Virus record (IMG/VR): IMGVR_UViG_3300025942_000003 | Span: 3,213-67,212 of that record | Strand: one strand, 5' to 3' | Length of the DNA stretch: 64,000 nucleotides | Source: a virus | Shown: positions 36,623 to 47,042 of the stretch, piece by piece | How the letters are laid out: each line of letters starts with the position of its first letter | How positions within the stretch are numbered: position 1 is the first letter of the stretch | Notes under the pieces: model-generated | Databases searched by the model: none | The model's input: the letters and a program-made list of their open reading frames with translations, nothing else | What the model was told of the DNA's origin: nothing | Translations under genes and position numbers: made by a program

Positions 36623-36727
36623 TATCAAAGAAAAAGCGATTGATAGTCGCGCCCGCGCTTTGCCCGCCTTCACCTGCCTGTAGGAACAAGAAAAGACTTT
36701 TATGGCGTAACGCGACTATCAATCGCT
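36623..36727 (-). terminator. Attenuator-like hairpin
   Basis: AGCGATTGATAGTCGCG (36635-36651) / CGCGACTATCAATCGCT (36711-36727), followed on the minus strand by TTTTCTTT. Confidence 0.6.
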
Positions 36728-36782
36728 CCTACAGAACTCTTTTATGACCGGGGCAAATCGGTATTTATCAAAGCGCGAGCGA

Positions 36783-36810
36783 ATTATACTCAAACTAACA
36801 ATCAAAGCAA
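36783..36810 (-). promoter_or_regulatory. Sigma70-type promoter
   Basis: TTGCTT-16-TATAAT with an A-rich upstream tract. Confidence 0.7.
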
Positions 36811-37343
36811 CCATTTTTCTCAAACAACCCCTCCGTGGCTACTTCCCTATAGGATTTAGTGGGTGAGACGTTTGTGCTTTCAATCGTTCAATGAGACGCC
36901 CGTATTCGTCAATGTCTCGGTTCAGGGTTTCTATTTCTTCGTTCAGCAAATCACGCTGGAGAATCGCGTGAGCACGGGCATCACACGCCGATTCTTGACC
37001 CTCTTGAAGACGTTGCAACCTGATCTCAATCGGAACCCGGTTTATAATCGTTCTCACCTCTCAACCTCCTCCGCTGGAAGCACTGACAGCAGATTCTAAT
37101 AAGTTCTAGTAAGAACCCCCACTTCTGCCCTACGGACTGTTGCTTCCATCTCGAACGCGTCCAAAGCATCAACCGCATCTCGTAACGCATGGCTGTTCAT
37201 TAACCAGTCCTGACGCCAAAGGGCAGCTGCATTTAGTACATCTTGTTCTAGTTGCCTTCTCTGCTCAGCGACTGTCACACTGCCAACCCATAAGCGGGAC
37301 CCAATGGGCGCGCCACCCATAACGATCGGAATCTTCTTTTTCT

Positions 37344-37718
37344 TCATATCGCCTCTGATTTCTTGGTTGATTTGCGCGAAGCACGCGCTACAGACTTTGG
37401 GCCTTCAAACTCATGGAAGTTAGGCGAAGGCTTTAAGTGATCTTGGAAGCCTGGAGCATTGCCACATAAACCACACATTGGCTCTTTGTCAGATGGCGCT
37501 TCTTTTGGCGCTGCTGCCCCTCCCGCTGCTTTCTTTGCTGCTTTACGAGGCGTAGGTGCCAGTTCGTTTTCAAGTGCGTTGTGGGCCTCTTGTAGCTCAA
37601 ACAGCACGTCTTTGGCTGAGTTGAGTTGTGATTGCGCGGTCTGGACGCGAATACGCGCTGCTTCTAACCGCATTGCGGAATCATTCAGTATCCTATCAGC
37701 CTTTGTTTGCCTTTTCAT
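37344..37718 (-). CDS. Hypothetical coiled-coil / Zn protein
   Basis: SD AAGGA; part of the tightly coupled 36839-39109 array of small ORFs. Confidence 0.55.
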   Translation of the reverse strand: MKRQTKADRILNDSAMRLEAARIRVQTAQSQLNSAKDVLFELQEAHNALENELAPTPRKAAKKAAGGAAAPKEAPSDKEPMCGLCGNAPGFQDHLKPSPNFHEFEGPKSVARASRKSTKKSEAI

Positions 37719-38467
37719 TGTTGTTCCTTTTCATTTAGTTAAGAGGGGCGGTATGGAATGCGGCATCAAGCCGTGTGGCCGCGTATTCCGTTGCACGAAT
37801 GAGCAGAGTTCTAACGTGGGGATTGTCCTCAGCATACTTCTTGTTATCACCGGATAGTCCGCTAATCACGTTGTCAACAATTTGCTCGGGCGTGTACCCC
37901 CACGCTACCATTTGCCTGGCCTGCTCGAAAACATTCCCAAACTCACTCTCACGCTCAAGAAATAATCGATACGCCATTTCGCCTGTACACTGTTCTATGA
38001 ATTCATCGACCTGCTCTTTGCTAAGTTTGCCCATAGCCCACCTCCACTACATATCTCCCATTTACTCTCCAAACAATTTCTTCTCCTACATAGATCGCAA
38101 ACCAAAGCACATAATCAGGACCAGCAAATTCATTGTAGGCTTCGATCTTTGTGACTCCGTTTGAGCCAATCCTGACATTCCAATCCCGAACATGTTGCGC
38201 TTCATCGATCACAAGGCTGGTAATTGGTCGGTTATCTTTCAATGTTAGGTTGAGACTCATAAGCGATTCCCCTAGTCGCTCGCCTGAACGAACCACTTAT
38301 AAAGACACATCGGGCATGTTTGTTCGCCTTGTGCCCAGTGTACAGGCGGACCATCGGGTGTACCCGGTTGCGTTCCGGTTTCTTCCGCCTTAAACCAAGG
38401 CGCTTTCATGTACCATGTCTCCCAATCGTTATCGCCGCAGTTTGGACATCGTAGGTTATCATTCTCA

Positions 38468-39109
38468 TCAGGACCAGGATCGGCCCATGCTTTCGTGAGT
38501 GCGTCGCCAGAACTCACGATCCGTCGAGTCCGTCACATAGCCCTCGGTTGTATCGATCAGGCGCTTTGATGATTCCGTGAGAATGTGCGCTACACAAACA
38601 TGGGCCTTTGCGCTATCAATCATCTCAGGCGGGAATTGATCCATACCAGCGAATGTCTGATTGAGAATGTCGCAGGCGATCGGCTCCGTGCCTAAACAAC
38701 ACATTAATCTGTTTTCGGGCAGTGATTCGGACGGAGAAAATGAGCAGTGCTTATACTGAGTCGGGAGTTCGCCCTTGCGCTGTAACTCATACAGGCGGGT
38801 GATCCGGGCTATCTCAGCGGGCAGAGTCTTACCTTCATACAGCCAAGATTCCCATTCCTCGCCCGCCTTTCGCCTCGTATCCTGTCGCTGGTTTATGTTC
38901 ACGTGCATGGCGTGATCGAACCGTCGCCTCTGTCGCGCTACGTCAAATTCGCTAAACATATGACAGCCACAACGACAACACGATCCGACTTCACCGCTTG
39001 CGTTATCAGTATGGTTGCGTAGCGAGTGCAAGCATTCACAACTTGGATTAGGACCACAGTCGATATGCCCGATACTCGGATCGCAGTAATACCCGCCACA
39101 TTCTTCCAT
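38468..39109 (-). CDS. Cys-rich hypothetical protein
   Basis: CECLH..H...CCRCGC; SD GAGGGGG. Confidence 0.55.
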   Translation of the reverse strand: MEECGGYYCDPSIGHIDCGPNPSCECLHSLRNHTDNASGEVGSCCRCGCHMFSEFDVARQRRRFDHAMHVNINQRQDTRRKAGEEWESWLYEGKTLPAEIARITRLYELQRKGELPTQYKHCSFSPSESLPENRLMCCLGTEPIACDILNQTFAGMDQFPPEMIDSAKAHVCVAHILTESSKRLIDTTEGYVTDSTDREFWRRTHESMGRSWS

Positions 39110-39120
39110 CTAAATCCCCC

Positions 39121-39978
39121 TCACTTCACTAACTGAATAACTTTTCCTTTACGTGCGTGTAATACATTAGGCTTCTTAGCCAGCGCGATTGAGTCTTCAA
39201 GTTGCCTCGTTAACTCCAGGGGTTCGTATCCTGACCGCACTCGGTTTTTAATCCGCTCGACCTTTTCATTGAGCTCGACAAGAAACCTTCTCACTGAGTT
39301 TTCCAATGCGCTTATTTCGGATTCGTTTCGCCACTCTGTTCTCACATATAATTTGTCTTCTTCGTTCAACATTGTCGGACAGTAGCTTATGAAGTCGCAG
39401 AATTCTCTGTTGGTACAGGCAAGCCCTGAATTCACCTGTGGGCGATACTCGCAAAAGACTGATTCTTCTCGCTCGCCACCTTCCAAAAGTTTGATATGCT
39501 GTGCGGCGTCCAGATTCTTGATTTCGATTATTCCATTATCGCCAACGTATCCATCCGGGCTCGCTCCAAATCGCTCAATGAACAGATGGTGGATAAACCC
39601 AACTTGAACGACTTCTCGATCATAAAAGAATGAGTACGCCGCCCGAGCCGCAGGCTCCATCTTTAGTCGCTCAATTAGCGAGTACACGTTCTTACCGAGT
39701 TGTGGCCGTCCAGTGAATCGTTCCGCTAGAAGCTGGTCCATGTAACGATCACGGTCTGATGATGATTTCCATTCAGTTACGATTCCTTTTTCTTTCTTCT
39801 TCTGAACCAACTTTGTGATGTCATGGGCTTTGCTTGCAGTGGCAAATCCGCATCTCGCTTGTAGCCATTCTGGATTTACGCTTCCGTCCTCGAGCTGCTG
39901 AGACAGCGCGGCCGCACAATGCCGACAGACTTCCGTGCGGACTTCATACTCATCGTACTTGCAGAAGCAGTTATTCAT
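39121..39978 (-). CDS. YqaJ/lambda-exonuclease family protein
   Basis: EWLQARCGFATAS, EPAARAAY, GASPDG, IEIK, CDFISYCP. Confidence 0.9.
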   Translation of the reverse strand: MNNCFCKYDEYEVRTEVCRHCAAALSQQLEDGSVNPEWLQARCGFATASKAHDITKLVQKKKEKGIVTEWKSSSDRDRYMDQLLAERFTGRPQLGKNVYSLIERLKMEPAARAAYSFFYDREVVQVGFIHHLFIERFGASPDGYVGDNGIIEIKNLDAAQHIKLLEGGEREESVFCEYRPQVNSGLACTNREFCDFISYCPTMLNEEDKLYVRTEWRNESEISALENSVRRFLVELNEKVERIKNRVRSGYEPLELTRQLEDSIALAKKPNVLHARKGKVIQLVK

Positions 39979-40913
39979 TGTCGGTTCTGTTGTTGGTGAA
40001 GCGCTGCTAATGCGCCTTGATACTGACTCGCGGGAAGTTCGCTGACCTTCTTGATCTGGTTGGCTTTAAGGAAGTCGGCTTTACAGTTGCCGCCAATGCC
40101 GTCGATCATGGCAACCAGGGTTGCTTCCTGATCCTCGCTGATTGTCGCCTTGCGTTCAGCGTCTTTATGATGAGCAAGGTTAATTTTATCTACGGCGCTC
40201 TGGTACTTGGTGCGAGGTAGCTCAGAGAGATCTTGAATGCCGAACTGTTTCAAAAACCAGTCTCGACGCGCTTGGCTGTCATCCTTCATCATCTTCTCAA
40301 GGTTTACCCGCTCCACATCGCTGATGGCTCGACTAATTGGATTTCCGTCGTTGTCGTCTTTATCAACAAGCATGGGGATCTTCCAGACCATTTTCTCGAT
40401 GTACCGCATGCCAAGGCTACATCCGTTGCCAACAGCCTGAGCCGCAGTCATAACGCCGTTTCCCTTTGGGCCTTCCCCACTGATTGACATGGGCAGGTGA
40501 AAGCGGCGCCGATGGGTTCCTTCCGGCCCTTTATAAGTGACATCCGAATACATCATCATCAGGTTTGGCGCTGGCAATTCCTTCTCAACCCCAAAAGACT
40601 CGCTAAAACCGAACTTCTCACGGATAGGTTTTAGCATGTCATCGATCTTCGGAAAACTAACCCATCGGCTGTTATTAGATTCCCGGTTGATTTTGTCCCA
40701 ACGAAGCGCTTGGACTTCTTTCTGTGCTTCCTGCATAGCAGCATCGAATGCCTTTTCTGCGGCGCGGTCCTCGAGTTGGAGTTTTAATCCGACGATTACC
40801 TTTAGCTTCTCAGCATCGATTTCCGGATTCAGCGCTACCTTCTCAATCAACGCGAGAAATTCATCCTGTTGCTGTGGGCGCTCGAGCGCTAGTGTCTCTG
40901 AACTAGTTGACAT
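39975..40913 (-). CDS. ERF-family single-strand annealing protein with C-terminal repeats
   Basis: FDAAMQEAQ, IDDMLKPIREKFGFS, AQAVGNGCSLGMRY, DDNDG; adjacent to the exonuclease. Confidence 0.8.
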   Translation of the reverse strand: MSTSSETLALERPQQQDEFLALIEKVALNPEIDAEKLKVIVGLKLQLEDRAAEKAFDAAMQEAQKEVQALRWDKINRESNNSRWVSFPKIDDMLKPIREKFGFSESFGVEKELPAPNLMMMYSDVTYKGPEGTHRRRFHLPMSISGEGPKGNGVMTAAQAVGNGCSLGMRYIEKMVWKIPMLVDKDDNDGNPISRAISDVERVNLEKMMKDDSQARRDWFLKQFGIQDLSELPRTKYQSAVDKINLAHHKDAERKATISEDQEATLVAMIDGIGGNCKADFLKANQIKKVSELPASQYQGALAALHQQQNRQ

Positions 40914-41565
40914 TAGTTTCCTCTTTTAGACCGTGGAATAGATTGTATTGCTCTCGATAGAATTCATAGAGCCGGCGTTGAAAACCCGCGTCCCGAAGCA
41001 TCATGTTAATCGCACGACACTGGTCCACGTCATCAACAAGGCGGCAGTCTGGAATTAAGTCAACGTATTGGTCTAGCACGGCATGGTTGGGGAATGGCGG
41101 GATAAAATCCACAAGTTCCCCCTTGGGCTCAAACCACTCAGTATCGTGAACTTGATCTACGGTGAACTTTGGGCCATCAAAGTCAAGATAAATTCCCTCT
41201 GCGCCATTGTCATGTTTCCACTCGCTGATCTTGCGGAAGTAGAACCGCTGAGTAGCCCCGTGCCAATTAATTGTGCGGCCCGCTTTGTAGCCAGGAATAT
41301 CTTTCAACAGCATATAGTTATGCGCGAACTTGTCATCCATTTGATTCTCCTCTAAATAGCCGATGCGCGGTTGTGTTTCTGTGTTAATCCTCGCCAGACC
41401 TGCTTGCCATCCACCTATCGGTGTGAGCGCCTCTTCGATCATGTCGCGCACTGATTCATCCAAAGACATGTAGCCAAGATCGTTTTTAACTGCGCGCAGA
41501 GTCTTGATGCAGAAAAGAAGTTTCCGATTCCTCTGCGCTTCTGTAGCTTTCATTTCGATAGCCAT
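40903..41565 (-). CDS. Hypothetical protein
   Basis: 220 aa; possible internal start at MDDKF (SD GAGGAG). Confidence 0.5.
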   Translation of the reverse strand: MAIEMKATEAQRNRKLLFCIKTLRAVKNDLGYMSLDESVRDMIEEALTPIGGWQAGLARINTETQPRIGYLEENQMDDKFAHNYMLLKDIPGYKAGRTINWHGATQRFYFRKISEWKHDNGAEGIYLDFDGPKFTVDQVHDTEWFEPKGELVDFIPPFPNHAVLDQYVDLIPDCRLVDDVDQCRAINMMLRDAGFQRRLYEFYREQYNLFHGLKEETNVN

Positions 41566-41841
41566 TTCAATTTTGCCCTCCTACTACTAAAGGCGTAGAA
41601 AGTGATCAAGACCCGTCACGCTAAGTGGCGGGTCTTGAGTCGCTCGGGCCTTGCGATTCTTCCAGCGTGATCCAGCGCTCTCCGCTTTCAGGCGATGGGC
41701 GCTGATGGATCGGGTCCGTGAACCAGCGCTCACAATAGCGGCAGATTGATGACGTTGTTGGTAGTCCTTCAAATGCATGTTTAGTTGTGTCGTAAATCGT
41801 TCCGGTTGACATTTGTGTTCTCCTTTTCATCAAAGATGTGC

Positions 41842-41871
41842 GCTACTCATGAAGCAGCTACTCATGAAGCA
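41842..41871. repeat. 15-bp tandem duplication
   Basis: GCTACTCATGAAGCA x2, spanning the stop of 41858..43090. Confidence 0.8.
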
Positions 41872-43090
41872 GGTCGACATCCTGAGCCCACCGCCCAAGC
41901 TGGTATCCCGATACATTGTTAACCGTTGCCCGATACAGGAAATAGTTCCCAAACCGATCTCTGCGACCGGCGAACTTGTATTCAAGGTCAATTGAATCAA
42001 TGCCCATCGCGGACAGGGAATGGAGCTCGGGTGCTTCCGAAATCCCGTTGTGATTCGCGTCGCGCCATAACCTCAGATAACGGAAGATCTCGTCTCGACC
42101 GTCAATGGCCCCATCTTCATTCCCGCCGTTTAGAAATTGGTCAAAGACCCGTAGCGCTAGAAACCCATTTCTCTTCGTGCCTTCGGCAGGCTTAGGCTGT
42201 GGCGTGAAGTTCCCGAAAAGCTCGCTTCCATCGTCAATCACACCGTTTCCGTTTCGGTCCAGAGACAGCCAAGCGTCATCAGAGTCTGCTGATGTCCAGG
42301 AGATCTTGCGTGCAACACCGGGCCTAAGACTGAAAGAAACGCCGTCTACAAGACTTGTCAACTGAAATCCATTCCCCGCGGTGTCGATGAGAATCGGGGT
42401 GTGTGGGCCAATACCGGTGTCGCAGGAGCAGGTGTCGAAATCCCAAATGTGCTGAGCCTGCTGACACTGGTCGATTTGATCTTCATAACCAGGACAAGCA
42501 GAGCCACCACCCTCCTCCCAGAAAAGCGCACCGCACTCGCAGTAAAATGAGCTCACGCGATTGAAGCACGACTGACAGTGTTGCTCGCTCATGCAGGAGA
42601 GATAAACCTGCCCCGCTCTATCTCTACATGTCGCCTCTGAGCCTCCTTGTTGCCCACAGGTGACATAGGCTTCGGTTTCCCTGTCCCGACAGGTCGACTT
42701 CACCTGGTTGCATCGAGTTATGCATTCGTACTGTGTTTGCGCCTGAACCTTCGTATCCAGGTCCGCGCTGGTATTCGTTAGCAGGAAGCAAACAGCCGCT
42801 ACGATCGCTGCTAAGCATAGAAATCTCTTCGTGGACTGTGAACGATGGTGCCCATTAAAGGCGGTGATGGGACTAAATGATTGTTCGCCTCTTGCTTTTA
42901 TATGAGCGCAGTCTGCACAGTCAGCGGGATCGCGCTGTTCCGGGTTGTCTTCGTCCAAGCCGCCCTCATAACTATCGATCGCTCCGCAAAGAGCTCGGCC
43001 TTCGCGTATGTAGTGATAATTCTCTTGAAAGTTTGGTTGATAGGGCTTTTGGACCTGCCAGCCCTCAGTTTGTTCTGTTCCTATTTGCAT
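41858..43090 (-). CDS. Membrane-anchored/secreted Cys-rich protein with a Ca-binding DxDxNG-type C-terminal domain
   Basis: [17 protein letters not shown]; [52 protein letters not shown]. Confidence 0.75.
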   Translation of the reverse strand: MQIGTEQTEGWQVQKPYQPNFQENYHYIREGRALCGAIDSYEGGLDEDNPEQRDPADCADCAHIKARGEQSFSPITAFNGHHRSQSTKRFLCLAAIVAAVCFLLTNTSADLDTKVQAQTQYECITRCNQVKSTCRDRETEAYVTCGQQGGSEATCRDRAGQVYLSCMSEQHCQSCFNRVSSFYCECGALFWEEGGGSACPGYEDQIDQCQQAQHIWDFDTCSCDTGIGPHTPILIDTAGNGFQLTSLVDGVSFSLRPGVARKISWTSADSDDAWLSLDRNGNGVIDDGSELFGNFTPQPKPAEGTKRNGFLALRVFDQFLNGGNEDGAIDGRDEIFRYLRLWRDANHNGISEAPELHSLSAMGIDSIDLEYKFAGRRDRFGNYFLYRATVNNVSGYQLGRWAQDVDLLHE

Positions 43091-43108
43091 CGTTCTATCT
43101 CCTTTTGG

Positions 43109-43408
43109 TTAGCCCGGCTTTCCGAACTCAGGTTTCTTTTCAATTACATCTGCCAATACTGCGCGTACGTGTCTGCATTTACGTAGTCCTAATTCAGAAG
43201 CTTTGCATTGGCAGTAGCCGCAGATCGTATTGAGGTCGCTCAAGAAAATCTCCGTCTCGTACAAACTTCCACTATCGCTAACAACTGCATAATGGAAGAC
43301 TTCGCGCCCGCTGTGACCACTTCTCAAGGCAGACCACTCAGGTTGATATTGAAGCGAGAGATTGTCATCGCTGAGCGCATCCGACAGTTTTAGTTCGATA
43401 ACGCTCAT
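43109..43408 (-). CDS. SWIM zinc-finger protein
   Basis: YCQCKAS...KCRHVRAV. Confidence 0.65.
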   Translation of the reverse strand: MSVIELKLSDALSDDNLSLQYQPEWSALRSGHSGREVFHYAVVSDSGSLYETEIFLSDLNTICGYCQCKASELGLRKCRHVRAVLADVIEKKPEFGKPG

Positions 43409-43577
43409 CTCTTATTTTCTATGGCCCTAGCAATCTCAAAGAGAGCGAAAATCAGTGCGGCGGTTGAAAGATAGGCCAGCCATGCCCATGCTTTACCGAC
43501 AACTCCGACCGCTGCCCCCGATCCGAGCAGGCACAGCCAGCACAAAAGACGGGGCATCGTCGGTCTTGGAAAATCAT

Positions 43578-43895
43578 TCATAGACGTTTCCTTCCCGTGC
43601 TTTCTGCGGATTCGTGAATTAAGACACCGGCAACATGAAAGCAGTGAGTCGGCTCCTGCGGTACATAGAACGCTTCGCAATTGCACTGCGCGACCGGTTC
43701 TCCCTGTTCATCAAGCCAAAGCGTAACAACGTAGCGCGAGCCACCCCGACCGACTACTCTAAAGTATCTTTCTCCCTGGATTGTGCCGATAAGTTGCACG
43801 TCTGGCTTTAACTCTATCGCGCGGCACAATGCTTTATGCGCTCGACTCTGCGGCTCGGGATTGATGAAGTTAGATACAGGGATTGAGGGAAGCAT
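43578..43895 (-). CDS. SWIM zinc-finger protein
   Basis: QCNCEAF...HCFHVAGV. Confidence 0.65.
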   Translation of the reverse strand: MLPSIPVSNFINPEPQSRAHKALCRAIELKPDVQLIGTIQGERYFRVVGRGGSRYVVTLWLDEQGEPVAQCNCEAFYVPQEPTHCFHVAGVLIHESAESTGRKRL

Positions 43896-43897
43896 AA

Positions 43898-44305
43898 TTA
43901 AACCAACTCATCCATGTGCGAGGCTTGAATGTCGTCGGAATGATTACCTCGCCATAGCGCATCTGCTCCCCGTTCTTGGCACTTGCAATGCAGGTCAAGC
44001 GCTACGTCATAACCGTAGAAGGTCTTCATGTAGCGCCCCTTGCCTTCGCCCCGAGATGTCAACTCCCCTGAATCTGCTTCGAGATCCAACGCATGATCAT
44101 CGCCTTTATGTTCTGCGATAACTTCTTGAGGTATCTCGCCCTCGAAATCAAATGATGCCTCTTTCAATTCTTGTCCGCATTCATCATGCGTTAGAACGAT
44201 TCGCACCGTACCGCTGTAGGAACCATCATCGCTCAGATCGACTTCGACCTCTGGTTCCGTCGAATCATCGTAAGCCGCAAATTTGTTACATTGATCGCAT
44301 CTCAT
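43898..44305 (-). CDS. Acidic hypothetical protein
   Basis: MRCDQCNKF...; SD AGGAG. Confidence 0.6.
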   Translation of the reverse strand: MRCDQCNKFAAYDDSTEPEVEVDLSDDGSYSGTVRIVLTHDECGQELKEASFDFEGEIPQEVIAEHKGDDHALDLEADSGELTSRGEGKGRYMKTFYGYDVALDLHCKCQERGADALWRGNHSDDIQASHMDELV

Positions 44306-45638
44306 TTTTTACGCTCCTGCTGTTTTCTGTTTCTTTTTACACTCAGCACAAACCATTGCAGATGGTCGCGGCAAGGCCTCGCGGATATGTGTGGGGCAAA
44401 GATTCTCTAGCTTGGTGAACTTGAAGTTGGATTGTAGATCTTCAATCATGCTGACTACCTGATCGGCAAAACGACAGCGGCGTTCAGATTCTTCGTCACT
44501 CTCATCTTGCGCTAACAACCAAGCGGCTCCGTCTTGATCACCAGCTTCAATCACATCAAAGATCGCGGCGCGAATAGTGGCCGGATCAGCAAACGTTCTT
44601 CTCATCACGCAATGCTCCTTCCGAGTTACTAGATATATGGGGTAGACGCTCATTTAGACCCTCCCGCCTGCTTTATCGCTGTTATTGCCGCTTCCTTGAA
44701 GGCAGAAGCTCGTGTGAAATTCTGAACGTGATTGTCGATTGGGATCTTAGAAACAATTTCAGCGGCTCTTTTCAAGCCTTCCAACCGGAGCGAGGCGGTC
44801 ATGGTCTCCAGTGAAACGTACTTATGATCGTAATCGTGGCCTCCCCAAGTCTCAGCGCGTCCGCAATACCAGCCACGCTCTTCATCAAGTAGCGCGAAAC
44901 ACGCAGGTCCGCCATTTAGAACAACCTGTTGCCAGTCCAGTCTAGGCTCACCCATGCCGCTACTCCTTTCCTGTTAATCCAAAGAAGAAAACAAAACTAA
45001 CTAATCCAAAGAACAACAGCGCCAACAAGATCCGAATTATCACAGTGAGCAAAGAAATCCGCTTGCTCCGTTTATCTTCTGGTAAAACTACGCCTCTCGT
45101 GTAGGTCAAAGGTGGTTTAAGGTGATCAGCGCTCTTTCCAATTAGCGCATCGCGTTGTCGGTGGTATTCTTCAAGTGGTTCGCGGATCATGGTTTCGCCC
45201 CCTCCACACATCTCGGACAAAAGACGTACTCACGGCCTCGCTCGTCCTCTCGTAAGCGCCAGCCTTTATCGTAGAGGTGAAAACCGAGCGTAGACATTGT
45301 TAGGTCGTCTGTGGTCCCTCGGCACTCATCACAAATAATGTAATATATGGTTGTTTCTTCAATGTGATCTTGAAGCAGGGACTTCTGATCACCGGCATCA
45401 ATTTCTAGCAGGCTCTGAATTAGTTTGCTACTACCCATCCCACTCTCCTATCTACTCACCGGAACTGAGTCAACTATCGGACCTCCAAGTACACTGCCCT
45501 CATGCCATTCTTCGCAATCGGGACAGTAGAACTTTTCTACCTTCTCTCCCGGTCGCGGATTCATCCTGCTCAAAGGTCCGTCGTTTGAATACTTCCCCTT
45601 GAGTACTTCTTTTTCAGTCTTGTCTAGTTCATAGAGCA

Positions 45639-45920
45639 TCATTTTACTTTCTCCAGTTTTGGCGGAAACTCGGCTTCGTGTTCTTCGGCCCGCTTTATCA
45701 TTTGCGGTCTTAGGTCGCGTCTAAGATCATCAGCAAGAGATTGCATTTCAACCGCTTGCTCGCGCTTACGCATTCTGAAAAGCAATGTGGCCTTTTCTTC
45801 AAGCCATCCACAACACTCATCTAATCCGCTGTAGTGACCCTCAAGCCACTTCTGCGTAGCGAGATTATCCAGAGAGTAAACATTACCGTGTGAATCCTTT
45901 AGTACAGTGTCACTGCTCAT
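45639..45920 (-). CDS. Hypothetical protein, first gene of the leftward early operon
   Basis: SD AAGGA before ATG 45920; followed by an array of small coupled ORFs (44309-45642). Confidence 0.55.
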   Translation of the reverse strand: MSSDTVLKDSHGNVYSLDNLATQKWLEGHYSGLDECCGWLEEKATLLFRMRKREQAVEMQSLADDLRRDLRPQMIKRAEEHEAEFPPKLEKVK

Positions 45921-46072
45921 TTCTACGGTATCCTTGGCATCCGATTTTCCGCCAAGAGCAAGCGCGGCGATCTTCGCTCCGAAAACCAAGCTCGCTACTT
46001 TTCCCGGCTAAAACTTTAACCCCCTTAAAGTTCGCCTTCGTCTTCAAACGCGCCTGCTCTTGCGCGAAATGA

Positions 46073-46153
46073 ATCCTAGTCGAAAGTTACAGTTCTGTCA
46101 ACTACTATTTTGTAACTTATCTACTTTACATCTCGGTTACAATTTAGTAATGT
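46073..46153. promoter_or_regulatory. Divergent promoter / genetic switch
   Basis: Leftward TTGACA-17-TAGGAT (46101-46073); rightward TTTACA-17-TAATGT (46125-46153); GTTAC/GTAAC repeats at ~46086, 46112 and 46136. Confidence 0.75.
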
Positions 46154-46162
46154 AGCACGCCC

Positions 46163-46417
46163 ATGAAGCAGAGATCACAAAGTCAGCCCGCATATCTAAC
46201 ACCTGAAGCAGCAGCAGCAATGGCGGGCATGTCTCGCCCTGCATTTCTGAAACACGTCGCCAAGGGAAACATTGAGCCTATTATTACCGTCAATAAGCGG
46301 TGCTTGTTTCTGCCTGAAGCGGTTAAACAATGGGCCGCCTCCCGTCGTAAGAACGGCACCAAGAAGCGCGGGCCGCAACCGCAAGACGGCAAAACTAAAT
46401 CCCGAAAGGAAAGCTAA
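46163..46417 (+). CDS. HTH_17/excisionase-type DNA-binding regulator
   Basis: YLTPEAAAAMAGMSRPAFLKHVAKGNI...CLFLPEAVKQW; near-leaderless. Confidence 0.75.
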   Translation: MKQRSQSQPAYLTPEAAAAMAGMSRPAFLKHVAKGNIEPIITVNKRCLFLPEAVKQWAASRRKNGTKKRGPQPQDGKTKSRKES

Positions 46418-46418
46418 A

Positions 46419-46928
46419 GTGAGAATTCGCTTTAACGAAGAAGAGGACTTCAATAACGCAGCGATTCTTTGGGAGGCGAATCAAGAGCGTTCATTAAAGA
46501 GCCGTAAGGGGCAGGCTGCGCTAAGACGATTAGAAGCCGCGTTGATTGCCTTACCCGAGCCGAAGCTAATCGCGGATGCTATTGAATCTGATGGGCTGGT
46601 CTGCGGGCTTGGGGCTTTAGCAAAACACGAAAACTATACCGATATACCTGAATTGCCAAGGTATCCCGGTGGCGATGCCAGCAACGAAGAATTGGACGCA
46701 TGGGATTGTGGGGAAACGGAACAGGAAATCGAAGATACCATGCTCGCACTTGCGGAGGCTCTTGATGTGCCAAGGATGGTTGCGGTCGCAATCATCTATC
46801 ACAACGATGATTCTTATGGCGCAATAACTCCCGAAGCGCGATATGCCAAGTTACTTGCATGGACGCGAAGCTGGATCGCAAAAGATCGATCTACGTGGAC
46901 TCAGAAGAACATGGAAGGATACATTTAG
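46419..46928 (+). CDS. Hypothetical protein
   Basis: GQAALRRLEAALIALPEPKLIA...VCGLG...IYHND...TPEARY. Confidence 0.65.
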   Translation: MRIRFNEEEDFNNAAILWEANQERSLKSRKGQAALRRLEAALIALPEPKLIADAIESDGLVCGLGALAKHENYTDIPELPRYPGGDASNEELDAWDCGETEQEIEDTMLALAEALDVPRMVAVAIIYHNDDSYGAITPEARYAKLLAWTRSWIAKDRSTWTQKNMEGYI

Positions 46929-47042
46929 CGGCTCCGAGTATCGCGCTGTGGGAGGCAGCGATGCTTGGCGGGAGCGGTGCGGAGGTGAGGTTGAGGACCC
47001 TCGGCCTTTTGCGCTGCTCCCACTTTTTGAAAGGAGAAATCA

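Larger units (their letters stand above)
35930..36776 (-). ncRNA. Large structured non-coding RNA / replication-origin region (candidate)
   Basis: No credible ORF over ~0.9 kb; at least 10 complementary segments, including a perfect 17-bp stem; upstream promoter. 3' end uncertain. Confidence 0.6.

Noticed and set aside
36447-36722. 91-aa minus-strand ORF in the non-coding region
   Set aside because: TTG start inside the 17-bp stem, runs through the terminator-like hairpin and has no protein-like features; a leader peptide cannot be fully excluded.
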